The notes under the pieces: generated by a model
What the model was told of the DNA's origin: nothing
Database searches by the model: none
Seen by the model: the letters and a program-made list of their open reading frames with translations, nothing else
Part shown: positions 48,423 through 58,452 of the stretch, piece after piece
Layout of the letters: each line of letters begins with the position of its first letter
How positions within the stretch are numbered: position 1 is the first letter of the stretch
NCBI GenBank assembly: GCA_963747095.1
Contig: CAVVEL010000022.1
Span: 145,193-209,192, forward strand
Direction: 5' to 3'
DNA length: 64,000 bases
Source of the DNA: Terriglobia bacterium
GTDB taxonomy: Bacteria; Acidobacteriota; Terriglobia; JAJPHL01
Position numbers and translations under genes: made by a program

Positions 48423-50420
48423 ATGGAACAGTTGCAAGCAAAGATCAACAACAGGCCCATTTCGATTTGGCTCCTGGCGGGCACTCTGCTGGCGGTTCCG
48501 TTGGCCCTGGCGCCGCCTCTGGAAGCCTTTGATGTAACGCCGAGGCTTTTAGCGCTCGTAGGAGGAGCGATCGCCGTTTGGCTGGCGCTAGCGCTTACGC
48601 CCGTTGGGGAAGAGGCGAAAGACAAGGCGGAAGAGAAGGCAAAAGAGAAGGCGGAAGGCAAAAGGCAAAAGGCAAAAGGCAAAAGTGAACGTTCCGTACC
48701 GCCCTTTTGCCTTTTGCCTTTTGCCTTTTGCCTTTTGCCTTCGTTTCTTTTCTTCGCCTCATTGATGGCCCTGGCACTGTGCGCCACGGCCGCGACGATT
48801 TTTTCCGCCGATCCAGTGCTGTCGCTGGCCGGGTCGGAGTGGCGGCGGTTGGGTTTGCCCGCGTGGCTGGCTTGCCTGGCGCTGGCCGCGTCCATTCCCG
48901 CGGCCGCCACTGACGAAGCGCGCAAACGCCTTCTCCTCCAGGCCATCGCCCTCGGCGGAACGCTCGCCGCCTTCTACAGCTTCGCGCAATATGCCGGGCA
49001 CGATCCGTGGATTCGTCCCGCGCTCTACCAGATCGGCGAAGGCGAGTGGCGAATCGTGCGCCCGCCGGCGACTTTCGGCTACGTCAGTTATTTCGCCCTC
49101 TACGAGGCTTCCGCGATTTTCGTGGCTGCCGGCCTGGCGCTCTCCGCAACTTCGCGTGGGATCAGAATTGGCTGGAGTGTCTCCGCTGTGGCGATGGTCC
49201 TGGCAGTCATCGTCTCCGGCAGCCGCGGGGCGCTGCTGGGCGCCGCCGCCGGGGTGCTGGCGCTGATCCTGCGTTATTCCAGCGACCGCCGCATGCGCCG
49301 CGCGCTTCTAGCAGGCACACTTGTGGTAGCCGCGCTGGCCGGCGCGCTGATCGCCAGCCCCCTGGGCCAGCCGGTTAGCAGCAGGATCCGATGGTTCGTG
49401 GAAGATCCCGAAGGCGGCGGCCGGCTGGTGATGTGGCGCGACTCAGCCAGATTAGCTCTCGCTCATCCGCTTCTCGGCGTGGGACTGGAAACGTTTGGCC
49501 GGCAGTTCGCGGCGGCAGAGTCGTTGGAACTGGCGCGCCGTTTTCCCGATCGCTATGTGGAGTCGCCGCACAATATTTTCCTCGACTACGCGACCGCCGC
49601 CGGAATGCCGGCGCTGGCCGCTTTCGGTGTGCTCATGATCGTGGCCCTGCGCGGCACATGGTGCCGACCCGATCCCGCGCTGTTCGCCGCACTGATCGCA
49701 GGTTTGCTCGCGGCGCAGTTTGTTGCCGACACCATAACCACGCGGCTGCTGCTTCTGTCGCTGGCTGCGCTGGCGCTTCCGCAGGAGCCACCCGCCCGCG
49801 CCAGCGGCGCTACTCGCTGGATGACGGGGCTCGGCGCGGTGCTGGCCACGATGGTTCTGCTTGTTTTTGGCGGCCGCCTGATCTCCGCCGATCGCGCGGC
49901 CTCGCGGGCCCAGTCCGCCGCATCGCGCGGCGAGTTGGACACCCTGGTCGAAGCCGGACGCGCTTCGGCAGAGGCGTTTCCTTGGGGTGGCGCGTACGCC
50001 GTGCGGCAGTCGCGGCTGTTGGGACAGGTGGCGATGATACCCAGTCTTCCCGGACCCGCCAGAGGGTTCCTTTTTCTGCAAGCGGAGGCCCTGGCGCGAG
50101 AAGCCTTGCCCCATGCCGAGCAGCCGGGCGCAATCCATCTGCAACTGGCGTCGGTGGCGGGGATACAGGGGAGATATCCGGAAGCGCAGTCCGAGCTGGA
50201 GGCGGCGATTCAGGCGTCTCCGGCGTGGTTCCGGCCGCACTGGCAACTCGCGATGCTGTTGTGGCAACAAGGCCGCCGCGCCGAGGCCGCGCAGCAAGCG
50301 GGTTTGGCGCTAGAGCGCGGCGCGCGCGCTTTTCCGGAGGTGTCCGCGGAGTGTGTAAGAATCCAAACGCTGGCGCGAGACTCCGACGCAAAGCCAGCCT
50401 TGACACTGGCGTTGAATTAG
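48423..50420 (+). CDS. O-antigen ligase (Wzy_C)-like membrane protein with C-terminal TPR region; carries an in-frame palindromic insertion
   Basis: 'VIVSGSRGALLGAAAG', 'HNIFLDYATAAG'. Low-complexity segment 'EGKRQKAKGKSERSVPPFCLLPFAFCLLPS' is encoded by the (GGCAAAA)n/(CTTTTGC)n hairpin. The called start at 48360 would overlap the divergent gene, so ATG 48423 is likelier. Confidence 0.7.
   Translation: MEQLQAKINNRPISIWLLAGTLLAVPLALAPPLEAFDVTPRLLALVGGAIAVWLALALTPVGEEAKDKAEEKAKEKAEGKRQKAKGKSERSVPPFCLLPFAFCLLPSFLFFASLMALALCATAATIFSADPVLSLAGSEWRRLGLPAWLACLALAASIPAAATDEARKRLLLQAIALGGTLAAFYSFAQYAGHDPWIRPALYQIGEGEWRIVRPPATFGYVSYFALYEASAIFVAAGLALSATSRGIRIGWSVSAVAMVLAVIVSGSRGALLGAAAGVLALILRYSSDRRMRRALLAGTLVVAALAGALIASPLGQPVSSRIRWFVEDPEGGGRLVMWRDSARLALAHPLLGVGLETFGRQFAAAESLELARRFPDRYVESPHNIFLDYATAAGMPALAAFGVLMIVALRGTWCRPDPALFAALIAGLLAAQFVADTITTRLLLLSLAALALPQEPPARASGATRWMTGLGAVLATMVLLVFGGRLISADRAASRAQSAASRGELDTLVEAGRASAEAFPWGGAYAVRQSRLLGQVAMIPSLPGPARGFLFLQAEALAREALPHAEQPGAIHLQLASVAGIQGRYPEAQSELEAAIQASPAWFRPHWQLAMLLWQQGRRAEAAQQAGLALERGARAFPEVSAECVRIQTLARDSDAKPALTLALN
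48657..48739. repeat. Perfect hairpin of tandem heptamers (GGCAAAA)x4 ... 18-nt loop ... (CTTTTGC)x5 inside the coding sequence
   Basis: 'GGCAAAAGGCAAAAGGCAAAAGGCAAAAG TGAACGTTCCGTACCGCC CTTTTGCCTTTTGCCTTTTGCCTTTTGCCTTTTGCC'. Confidence 0.6.
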
Positions 50421-50435
50421 GAGACAATTGCTCCA

Positions 50436-51241
50436 TGAGAAAGACGAGTTTAGGTGGGTTATGGAGTGGTTTTTTCCTTTTGCTCTGGATTGTTCCTTTT
50501 GGTCGAACAGTCGCGCAATCGCCGACGCTCCCCGCCAATTCGATTGTTAATGGCGCGAGCTTTGCTAGCGCCACGGCTCCCAACGGAGCGCTGGCGCCCG
50601 GGACACTGGTCAGCGCCTTCGGCGGGAATCTGGCATCGTCCACGCAACTGGGGCTGAGCGTGCCGCTTTCCACAAACCTGAACGGCAGCAGCCTGACTTT
50701 CTTCGCCGGATCCTCGGCCTTTGCGGCTCCGCTGTTCTTCGTTTCCGCCGGGCAGATCAACGCGCAAGTGCCCTTTGACGTTCCGCTGAACTCGACGATC
50801 ACGGCGCAGGCAACCTTTAACGGCCAGTCCAGCACGGCCATTCCCGTGACGGTGCTTTCCGTATCGCCGGGCATCTTCGATATCGGCGGCGGCGTAGGAG
50901 CTATTGTCCACAACGCCGACTTCTCGGTCATCACCACCTCCAACCCAGCCGTGCCGGGCGAGTACGTGGACATCTTTTGCACGGGTCTCGGCGCGGTGAA
51001 TCCGCCAGCGGCGTCCGGTGCGGCGGGTCCGGTCAGTCCCATTTCGAATACCGTTGCCACGCCGACGGTGACGCTAGCGGGCCAAGCGATCACGCCGGTG
51101 TTTTCGGCATTGGCTCCCGGCTACGTGGGTCTTTACCAAGTGGCCTTCCAGATCCCGGCCAACGCGCCAGCGGGCAAGCAAAACGTATCACTCACGATTA
51201 ACACAATAACCAGCAACGTCGTCACAATGATTGTCCAGTGA
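50436..51241 (+). CDS. Secreted protein of the Solibacter-type C-terminal domain family (Soli_cterm-like)
   Basis: Signal peptide; 'IVNGASFASATAPNGALAPGTLVSAFGGNLAS', 'PLFFVSAGQINAQVPFDVP', 'PGIFD', 'PAVPGEYVDIFCTGLGAV', 'APGYVGLYQVAFQIPANAP'. The 616-aa ORF called from 49391 is an out-of-frame artefact. Confidence 0.65.
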
Positions 51242-51278
51242 TGCGGCGTCGAGAGCACCACCGAACAAGAACTGATCA

Positions 51279-51412
51279 ATCCACAGATTACACAGATTTC
51301 ACAGATTAAGACGGCGTTCGCCCGGACCTCCGCGCCATTCACCGGGCTTGACATCTCCTGACTGCACGGGCAAGCGCCGTCTTAATCTGTGGAATCTGTG
51401 TAATCTGTGGAT
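51279..51412. repeat. 29-nt motif ATCCACAGATTACACAGATTTCACAGATT, its inverted copy ~75 nt downstream (large hairpin), plus two further direct copies of TGTAATCTGTGGAT overlapping the GT4 start
   Basis: Exact 29-mer also at ~30739-30767; inverted copy 'AATCTGTGGAATCTGTGTAATCTGTGGAT'; inner palindrome 'AAGACGGCG...CGCCGTCTT'; further copies at ~51445-51459 and ~51495-51509. Confidence 0.5.
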
Positions 51413-51518
51413 TGTTGTTTTTTGGTTGCGGCCGTGGCTGCGCCGTGTAATCTGTGGATCGTGGGTTTTTCACTTGGTTCTGGCTCCCCGCGCTGTGTAA
51501 TCTGTGGATGATTTCCGT

Positions 51519-52639
51519 ATGAAGCCCTCCATTCTCTTCGTAGACCAGTTCTCCGATCTGGGAGGATCGCAGCGCAGTCTGCTCGACCTATTGCCGGCGC
51601 TCGGCGACTTCGACCTGGAGTTCGCGCTGCCCGGTCCGGGACCGCTTACCGCGGCCCTGCAGCGCCGCGGACTAAACTGGCAGCAAGTCGATATTGGCGA
51701 GTATCGGCTGGGGCGCAAATCCTTTGCCGACCTGGCGCGGTTTGCGCTGCGCCAGCCGGGTGCGGCCGCCCGCTTGACGGAAATGGCGATTGGCAAGTCG
51801 TTGATCTACGCCTACGGACCGCGCGTCTTTCCGGCATCCGCCGTGGCCGCGCGCCGGAGCGGAGTTCCTCTGCTCTGGCATCTGCACTTGGAGGTCGAGT
51901 CGCGGCGCGACCGCATTCTTCTGGAAGCCGCGGCGGCCTGGGCGCGGCCGCGCGTTATCGCGTGCAGCCAGGCTTGCACGGCGCTGTTCGCGGAGGGCGG
52001 CGCAGTGCGGCGTCACGCCGCCGTGGTCTACAACGGCGTGGAAGCAGTGCGGGCGGCCGCTGCGCCGCACGATGCGCAAGTCATCGGAATGATCGGGCGA
52101 ATTCATCCCGATAAAGGCGTGATGGATCTGCTGGACGCCGTGCCGGAAGTTCTCTGTGCTTTTCCCGAGGCGCGGTTCCGGCTGATCGGACCGCGCGTGG
52201 ATCCGATTTCTCCCGCCAGGCAGATCAGCGGGCCGCCGAGCTGGCTAAGCAATGCGGCGCGGCGTGCGTGGAATTCGCCGGAGAAGCCTCCTCGCCCGCC
52301 GCGGCGTTCGCCGGTTTGGATTTGCTGGTAGTGCCATCGCACCGCGAAGCCGCCAGCCGCGTGGTGATGGAAGCTTTTTCCGCGGGCGTTCCCGTGGTGG
52401 CATCCGATGCCGGTGGATTGCCGGAAGTTGTGGGGCGCGACGGCATCGTCTTTCCGCGGGGCGACTCCGGGGCGCTGGCTGCCGTGATCATCCGGGTGTT
52501 GCTCGATCCGACGCTGCACCAGCGGATGATTCAGGCGGGACGGCGGAGTTATGAACAACGTTGGACCGTGGATCGCTTTCGCCAGGCAATCCGCGGCGAA
52601 ATAGAAAAGCAAATAGCATCGCGGCCGCCAACCCGGTAA
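51519..52639 (+). CDS. GT4 family glycosyltransferase, split by a frameshift near 52195-52215
   Basis: 'ILFVDQFSDLGGSQRSLLDL...'. After 'RFRLIGP' ORF1 is junk. The other frame reads 'FSRQADQRAAELAKQCGAACVEFAGEA...LLVVPSHREAASRVVMEAFSAGVPVVASDAGGLPEVV'. Confidence 0.7.
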
Positions 52640-53744
52640 CGCTGAGCGCGGTGAATAGCGCGCCGTAGCCCCGCTGCACGATCAAGGCGCCCGCGGCCGC
52701 GCCGGCGGCGGCGTTGATCCCGAAAATCAGCAGAAGATTGGCGGCCATCGCCGCGGGCCGCTCCTCGACGGGAACACCACGCATCAACAGGTTCATCAGT
52801 CCCGGCTCACTCATCACTTGCAGGCTGATGTAGACCGTATAGAACAGCGCGGCCTGCGGCAGCGTGTGCGCCTGCAGCATGGCCAGTACGCCCACCGCCG
52901 CCAGCACTTGCGTCGTAACCACCGAGCGGATCAGGCCCAGCCGGGCGATCAAGAGCGGCATCAGCAAGATTGCCGCGGCTTGCGGGAGATGGCTGAAGGC
53001 ATACGCGCTGCCGATGGCCGCGGTCGATCCGCCCATACGATTCCGCAAGAAGGCGTTGAAGAAGGGAATGAATCCGGCGCAAAAGGCATACCACAACGCG
53101 ATGGCCGGCAGAAATTTCAGCAGGAAGCGGCGCGACGCGTGCAGGCGCGCGTGCGAAGCGGCGGGCGGGACAGGAAAGCGAATCCCTGCCAGCACGGCTG
53201 TCGCGGCGAGTACCGGCGCAGCCGCTAGCATCAACGCAATGCGCTTGAGGCTAACCGGATCGGCCGCCAGACCGGGCGCGAGTCTCTGCACCAGCCCGGG
53301 AAGCCGGCCGCCAATCAATCCGCCGGCCGCGCCAACGGCAATCGCGAGGCTAATGTTCAAGCTGAAACCGGTGGCGCCCGGCGAAAGCGCCGCGATGGCC
53401 GGCGTGTTAGTGACCAGCCATCCGGCCAGACACAATCCCATGACCACGCTAACGCCGCCGAGCGCGATTCCTGCCGCTTGCGCGCGCGCGATCAGCGCGG
53501 CGGTCAATCCCAGCGTGGCAACTACGGCGGTGAAGCGCAGTCCGCAACGCCGCACCACCGCGGCCCACGGAAGCGTTCCCAGCGCCGTTCCTAGCGTCAA
53601 CAGGGCGGCTTGACGTCCCATGAAGTCTTCGCGGAATCCCTGGTCGGCCAAGTACAAATTGAACAACAGAATGTGGATGAATACACCCAGGTTCACTAGG
53701 GCGGGAGCCGGCAGATAGCAGGCCAGGGCGCGATTCATTCTCAC
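52488..53744 (-). CDS. MFS transporter
   Basis: 12 hydrophobic helices; the 3' end overlaps the convergent GT4 by ~150 nt, so the C-terminal tail is uncertain. Confidence 0.7.
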   Translation of the reverse strand: MRMNRALACYLPAPALVNLGVFIHILLFNLYLADQGFREDFMGRQAALLTLGTALGTLPWAAVVRRCGLRFTAVVATLGLTAALIARAQAAGIALGGVSVVMGLCLAGWLVTNTPAIAALSPGATGFSLNISLAIAVGAAGGLIGGRLPGLVQRLAPGLAADPVSLKRIALMLAAAPVLAATAVLAGIRFPVPPAASHARLHASRRFLLKFLPAIALWYAFCAGFIPFFNAFLRNRMGGSTAAIGSAYAFSHLPQAAAILLMPLLIARLGLIRSVVTTQVLAAVGVLAMLQAHTLPQAALFYTVYISLQVMSEPGLMNLLMRGVPVEERPAAMAANLLLIFGINAAAGAAAGALIVQRGYGALFTALSVTGLAAAMLFAFLFRRGLPGESDPRSNVVHNSAVPPESSAGAASDRATPG

Positions 53745-53748
53745 AGTT

Positions 53749-54963
53749 TTACCGCCATAATTGCACCGCCAGACGAAGGAATCGAAAAAATGCCACGAAG
53801 TGGAAGATGGCTCGCGACGCGACTACCCGGGCGCGCAACATGGCCCGTTTCCGCGGCGGAAGTTCGGCGGGGCTGAAAGGGCGCGGAATCCTCAGCGGCG
53901 CCAAGCGCCGCTGCAGCACCACAAGGCGATCGCGCCATCCATGCACAAAGGCCAGTTGCAGGAACACTTGCACCTTATCGCGGCGTTCGCGGTCGAGCAC
54001 CACCGGTCCGTAACGCTCGATCCAACGTAAGGCCGAAGCGGGCAGAGACACGCGCGCGGAGTCCAGCGCGCTCGGCCAGCGGCAATGGAACACGCGCGCG
54101 GACAACGTTAGGCCAGTGACACACATCTCTCGCAACGGCGTTTGCGCGGGGCGCGCCATGCCGTCCAGCCAGGTGCGCCAGAAGCTTTCGTTTTCGGCAT
54201 GGGTCTCCACAAAGCCGGCAATCTCGTAAAGATGCGAGGCCCGCAGGCTGCCGCGAAAAATGTGGCGCATCGCGTGCAGGATGCATGCGGCCAACTGATC
54301 GCGCGGATCGAGCGTCGGCAATCCTTCGCGGAACACAATCCGGCTTAGAGGGTCGGGATCGAAGGCCACCGGAATGCGCTCGAAGTCGGAAGACCAAAGC
54401 CGATCGTGCAGTTCCACCACCGGAGGCGTCCGGGGATTGAAGCAGTCGCCGGCGGGATCGATGAATACCGATGGAAACAACATCGGCAGGTGTACCGCGG
54501 GACCATCGTCTTCAAATTGCCGCGTGCGATAGCCATTAGCCGTGAATAACGCGAACGCCGTAGCGGCTTCCGCGGGGGCCAGGAGCAGGTCTATATCGTT
54601 TTGCAGGCGTTCCACCGCGGAAGGCACGAAATCGGGCGCCAGCAAAAAGCCTTTCACCACGGCGGCGCGCAACCCCGCGCCGGACAGCCAGCCCGTCAGT
54701 GTCGCGGCGACGCGCCGGCGTTCCTGCAGGCGGATCTCGTTCTTGCGCCAGCGCTCGCGGTATTGTCCGGCGTGGGCCAATCGTTCCGCGACGCCGGCCT
54801 GTTGCGCGATGCGCCACAAATGCAAAGACAATCCAGCGCGGTCGGCAAAATCCAGCAAGGCCAACTGCCGCGGCTCCGGCAGCGCGACCCACTCCTCACA
54901 GGCCGTGCACGCCTCGGCGGGATCGTACGACAGGCAGGCGGCGAGATGTCGCAAGTTGACCAT
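53749..54963 (-). CDS. Nucleotidyltransferase family protein (PF14907/NTP_transf_5-like)
   Basis: 'VVKGFLLAPDFVPSAVERLQNDIDLLL' (G..L......R...DIDLL motif), ~400 aa. Confidence 0.55.
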   Translation of the reverse strand: MVNLRHLAACLSYDPAEACTACEEWVALPEPRQLALLDFADRAGLSLHLWRIAQQAGVAERLAHAGQYRERWRKNEIRLQERRRVAATLTGWLSGAGLRAAVVKGFLLAPDFVPSAVERLQNDIDLLLAPAEAATAFALFTANGYRTRQFEDDGPAVHLPMLFPSVFIDPAGDCFNPRTPPVVELHDRLWSSDFERIPVAFDPDPLSRIVFREGLPTLDPRDQLAACILHAMRHIFRGSLRASHLYEIAGFVETHAENESFWRTWLDGMARPAQTPLREMCVTGLTLSARVFHCRWPSALDSARVSLPASALRWIERYGPVVLDRERRDKVQVFLQLAFVHGWRDRLVVLQRRLAPLRIPRPFSPAELPPRKRAMLRARVVASRAIFHFVAFFRFLRLAVQLWR

Positions 54964-55024
54964 CGGCAGAGGTTCAGTTTACTACCCGGTCCGCTTCCCT
55001 GTCAGAGCTGGCGCTGGACTTGGC

Positions 55025-55260
55025 TTTTTCCTGAGCGTCCGTGAAACGGACGGCCTGAAAGTAGCCCAGCAATTGATTGCTGGGTATCGGAGCATGTACA
55101 AACGAGTCCGTGAAACGGACGACTGAGATTTTGCCGTTTCACATTAGTCCTGCCCTGTTGACCCTCAGCCGTCCGTTTCACGGACTTGCTGCTGGTTGCC
55201 CTTGGTCCCAGCAATAAATTGCTGGGCTATTTTCGTGGCGTCCGCAAAGCGGACGCCTCC
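55025..55260. repeat. REP-like cluster: four copies of the palindrome GTCCGTGAAACGGAC (and the variant GTCCGCAAAGCGGAC) plus two CCCAGCAAT(T/A)(G/A)ATTGCTGGG palindromes
   Basis: Copies at ~55036, 55106, 55169 and 55239; a related 'GCGTCCGTGAAGCGGACGC' at ~33746. Confidence 0.55.
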
Positions 55261-55262
55261 TG

Positions 55263-58200
55263 TCAGAAAGCCAGTCGCAACGACAACTGTATCTGCCGCG
55301 GATCCCCCACGGTGGCGATCTGTCCGAAGGCCGGTCCAAAATCCTTGTTGTTGATGGGAATGCCGAAATCGGGGTGGTTGAAGGCGTTAAAGAACTCCCC
55401 GCGGAAGTTCAATGAACGCTTTTCATCGAGATGGAAAAGACGGCTGACCGCGAACGAGAACACTCTGTTGGACGGCGTGGGCAACAGATTCCGTCCCGCG
55501 TTGCCAAACGTGTACGGCGCGGGATCGGAAAACGCCGCCGTGTTGAACCATTCCTGCGGGGTTCGCTGGCCCGGAGGCAGGGAGATGCTCTGGCCGGGAA
55601 CAAGGTTCGGCCGATTCGGGGTGTCGCTATTGGCCGGGTCCAGGAAGAAATAAAAAGAATTCTCCGGCGTGCCGTCCTGCATCAATCCCGTTCCACTGAC
55701 CGTCCATCCCGATACCACCGCCCTCACGGGAGACGATGCCATCCAGTGATGGCCTCGGCCCAAATCGTAAGCAAAGTTGACCGTGAAGCGGCGCGGCACG
55801 TTGAAGAAGGACGGCCCGCGCTCCAGGCGGAGATTGCGCTCGTCCTGCGCGCCAACGCTATCGAAGAGTCCTTGGATGATGCTGTCGGCGTCATCCAGCG
55901 ATTTCGACCAGACGAACGAGGTTTGCATCAAGAATCCGCTGGACCAGCGCCGCTCGGCGCGCAGTTGCAGCGAGTGATAGATGGAGTTGGCGATGTTTTC
56001 ACGTTGGATGAAAGGCCCGAGATTCGGAAACGTCCGTAGCGCCTGAATGTCGCCGGGACGCGGAGGAAGGTTCTGGCCGGTTTCCACGTGCTGCGGCGTG
56101 TTGAATTTCCGGAAGCGTCCCAGGTGCGTGCCCTTGGTGCCGATATAGCCGGCTTCGAACAAGAATCCGTGGGTACCGTATTGCCACGCGCCATTCCATT
56201 GCTGCGCGTAGGGACTGGCTTCCCGCGGATCAATCCCGTAATATCCCGGAAATCCCGTCGAGAGGCTGGAGGTGAAAGGGTTTTTCAGCGTCAGAATAGG
56301 ATTGCCTGGCGGCGCGGTGTCCTGCTCCGTGCTCACGCCGTTCAGCACCAGGTCGTAGGCTTGCTGGGCGATCTCCGGATTGTAGTAGAGGCCGTAAGCC
56401 GCCCGAAAAACCAAATTGCGCGCCGCCAAAGGCCGCCACGCCAAGCCCACGCGCGGCGCAAAGTCCAGGCGATTCGGGGCCACCAAATCCACGGGCATGG
56501 TGGACGAATTCGTTCCCTCCTGAACCAACTTGGGCTGCGCCGGCAGCGTGGAGTAGTCCAGGTTGTACATGTGGTTGTATTTTTCGGTGAACGGCGAGTT
56601 GTAGTCGTAACGCAGGCCGTAGGTCAGGATCAGCCGCGAGGTGATGCGGAACTCGTCCTGGGCATAAAACGCATATCCCAACTGGCGCATGTAGGCCTGC
56701 GGCTGGCCCACGGTCCGCTGGGTGACATCGGGAAATCCCAGCAGGAAATCGCCGAAAGGATCGCCGGAGAACGATCCCGTGAAGGTCAAATATCCGCGGC
56801 TGTTCATGCGATCCTGATAGGCCATCACGTAGCGCCGCACTTCCGCGCCCACTTGCACGGTGTCGCCCGCGCCGGATGCTCCAGTGGTCCAGCGCCTGGA
56901 AAGTCTCGCTGGCTTGCGTCAGCGGCAGCGTGGGGTCGTCCGATGTGATCAACAGGTTGCTGGTCAAAACGAAGGTCGGCAGTCCGTAGTTTACGGGGTC
57001 TTGATCCAAGCCGTTGATGCCGAGTTTCTGGATGTAGTTGTTGGTAAATGCGTTGATGGAAAAGTCTTGGATCTTCAGGCGGCTGAAGCCCGCGCGAAAC
57101 TCATTCACCCAATCGCCCGCGCCCGCGTAGGTGTGCCCGATGGCCGCTTGTTGCGCGCGCAAACGAAGGCGCGTTGGTTCCAGCAACGCCGGGTTGCCCT
57201 GATCGGCGCGTTCGTCGTTGATGCTGTAGCGCACAAACAGGTTGCCGCGGGAGGCGGTGTCCCAGTCCAGGCGTCCGCTGACGGTGTCGTGGCCGTTCAA
57301 GATGGGCGCGTTGCTCACATAGTTCTGCGACCCCGCCTGGTTGGGCAGCGGTTCAAGCTGGCTGATGACCGTGTGCGCGATGGGGTCCACGCGCACCGCG
57401 GGAATCACGTCGTTGGGGAAGGCTATTCCGGTCAGCGGATCGTTGACGATGGACGTTCCCGTAAAATCGCCGGCACGCAACGTTGCGGTAGGCACGGAAC
57501 TGGCTTGGGATTGTCCTTCATTCAACCGCAAGCCTTCGTAGGCCGCGAAGAAGAAAAGGCGCTCGGTATGCGGAATTCTGCCGCCGGCGTACCCGCCAAA
57601 CTGGTTCTGCCGGAATTCCGGTTGCGGGCCGTTGTCGAAGTAGTTGCGGGCGTCCAGCTTTTCGTTGCGAAGGTAATCGAACAGTCCGCCGTGGAGGTGC
57701 TCGGCGCCGGAGCGGGTCACGACGTTGGCCACGCCGCCGCCGGAGTATCCGAAATCGGCCGAGGAGGCCGAGGTTTGCAAGCGAAACTCCTGGATCGCAT
57801 CGATCGGCGGATTGACCACCACCACGCGAGCGTTGGAATCGGTGTTCAGCACGCCGTCGAGCAGAAAGGTGTTCATGGTGGAGCGCATGCCGTTCACCGG
57901 GGGATTCTCCGCCACGTTGCCGCGCGACGGCTCCACGCCGCTAATCACGTCGCCGGTGAATCCGCCCAGTTGCCGCGGGATCACGCCGGGACCGAGCGTG
58001 GCGACCCCCGCAACGTCGCGCTGAACGAGCGGGAGTTGCTGCAATTGCGCCTGATCCACGTTGAATCCCATGGGGCTGGAGGCCGCTTCCACGGGCGCGA
58101 CCACTTCGCCGACGGTGACCGTGTCGGTCTGTCCGGCCAGTTTCAAACGGATATTCAGGTCGACCGCCTGGCGTACTTCCAGTTCGACGCGTTCCACGCG

Positions 58201-58452
58201 GTAGGGCGCGAAGGACGCTTGCGCCACCTCCACACTGTAGTTGCCCGGCGGCAAACCGGCCAGCCGGAATGTCCCGTCGGCCGCCGTTTCGCGCGAAATC
58301 TCCAGCGCCGTCTCCAGGGATTTTGCCGTGACACGCGCCTTGGGTACGGGCAAACCGGACGGATCCAGCACCGTGCCGGTGATGGCCGCCGAAGGAACTT
58401 GCGCGGCCGCGGCGGCTGCCGCCAAAATGAGGGAGGCAATGGTACGAAGCAT
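55263..58452 (-). CDS. TonB-dependent receptor-like outer membrane protein (CarboxypepD_reg + plug + beta-barrel), frameshift near 56870
   Basis: Signal peptide 'MLRTIASLILAAAAAAAQ'; 'GTVLDPSGLPVPKARVTAKS'; plug/barrel motifs. ORF1 becomes junk after 'QALDHWSI'. ORF2 continues 'VQVGAEVRRYVMAYQDRM...' and ends with 'IQLSLRLAF'. Confidence 0.75.

Noticed and set aside
48650-48750. Possible CRISPR array (regularly spaced short repeats)
   Set aside because: 7-nt units with no spacers, forming one perfect hairpin inside an ORF; no CRISPR arrays or cas genes anywhere in the window.
49391-51241. 616-aa + strand ORF spanning the end of the ligase gene and the Soli_cterm gene
   Set aside because: The first ~350 aa are Arg/Gly-rich junk read through the ligase gene in another frame. 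The real gene starts at ATG 50436 with a signal peptide.
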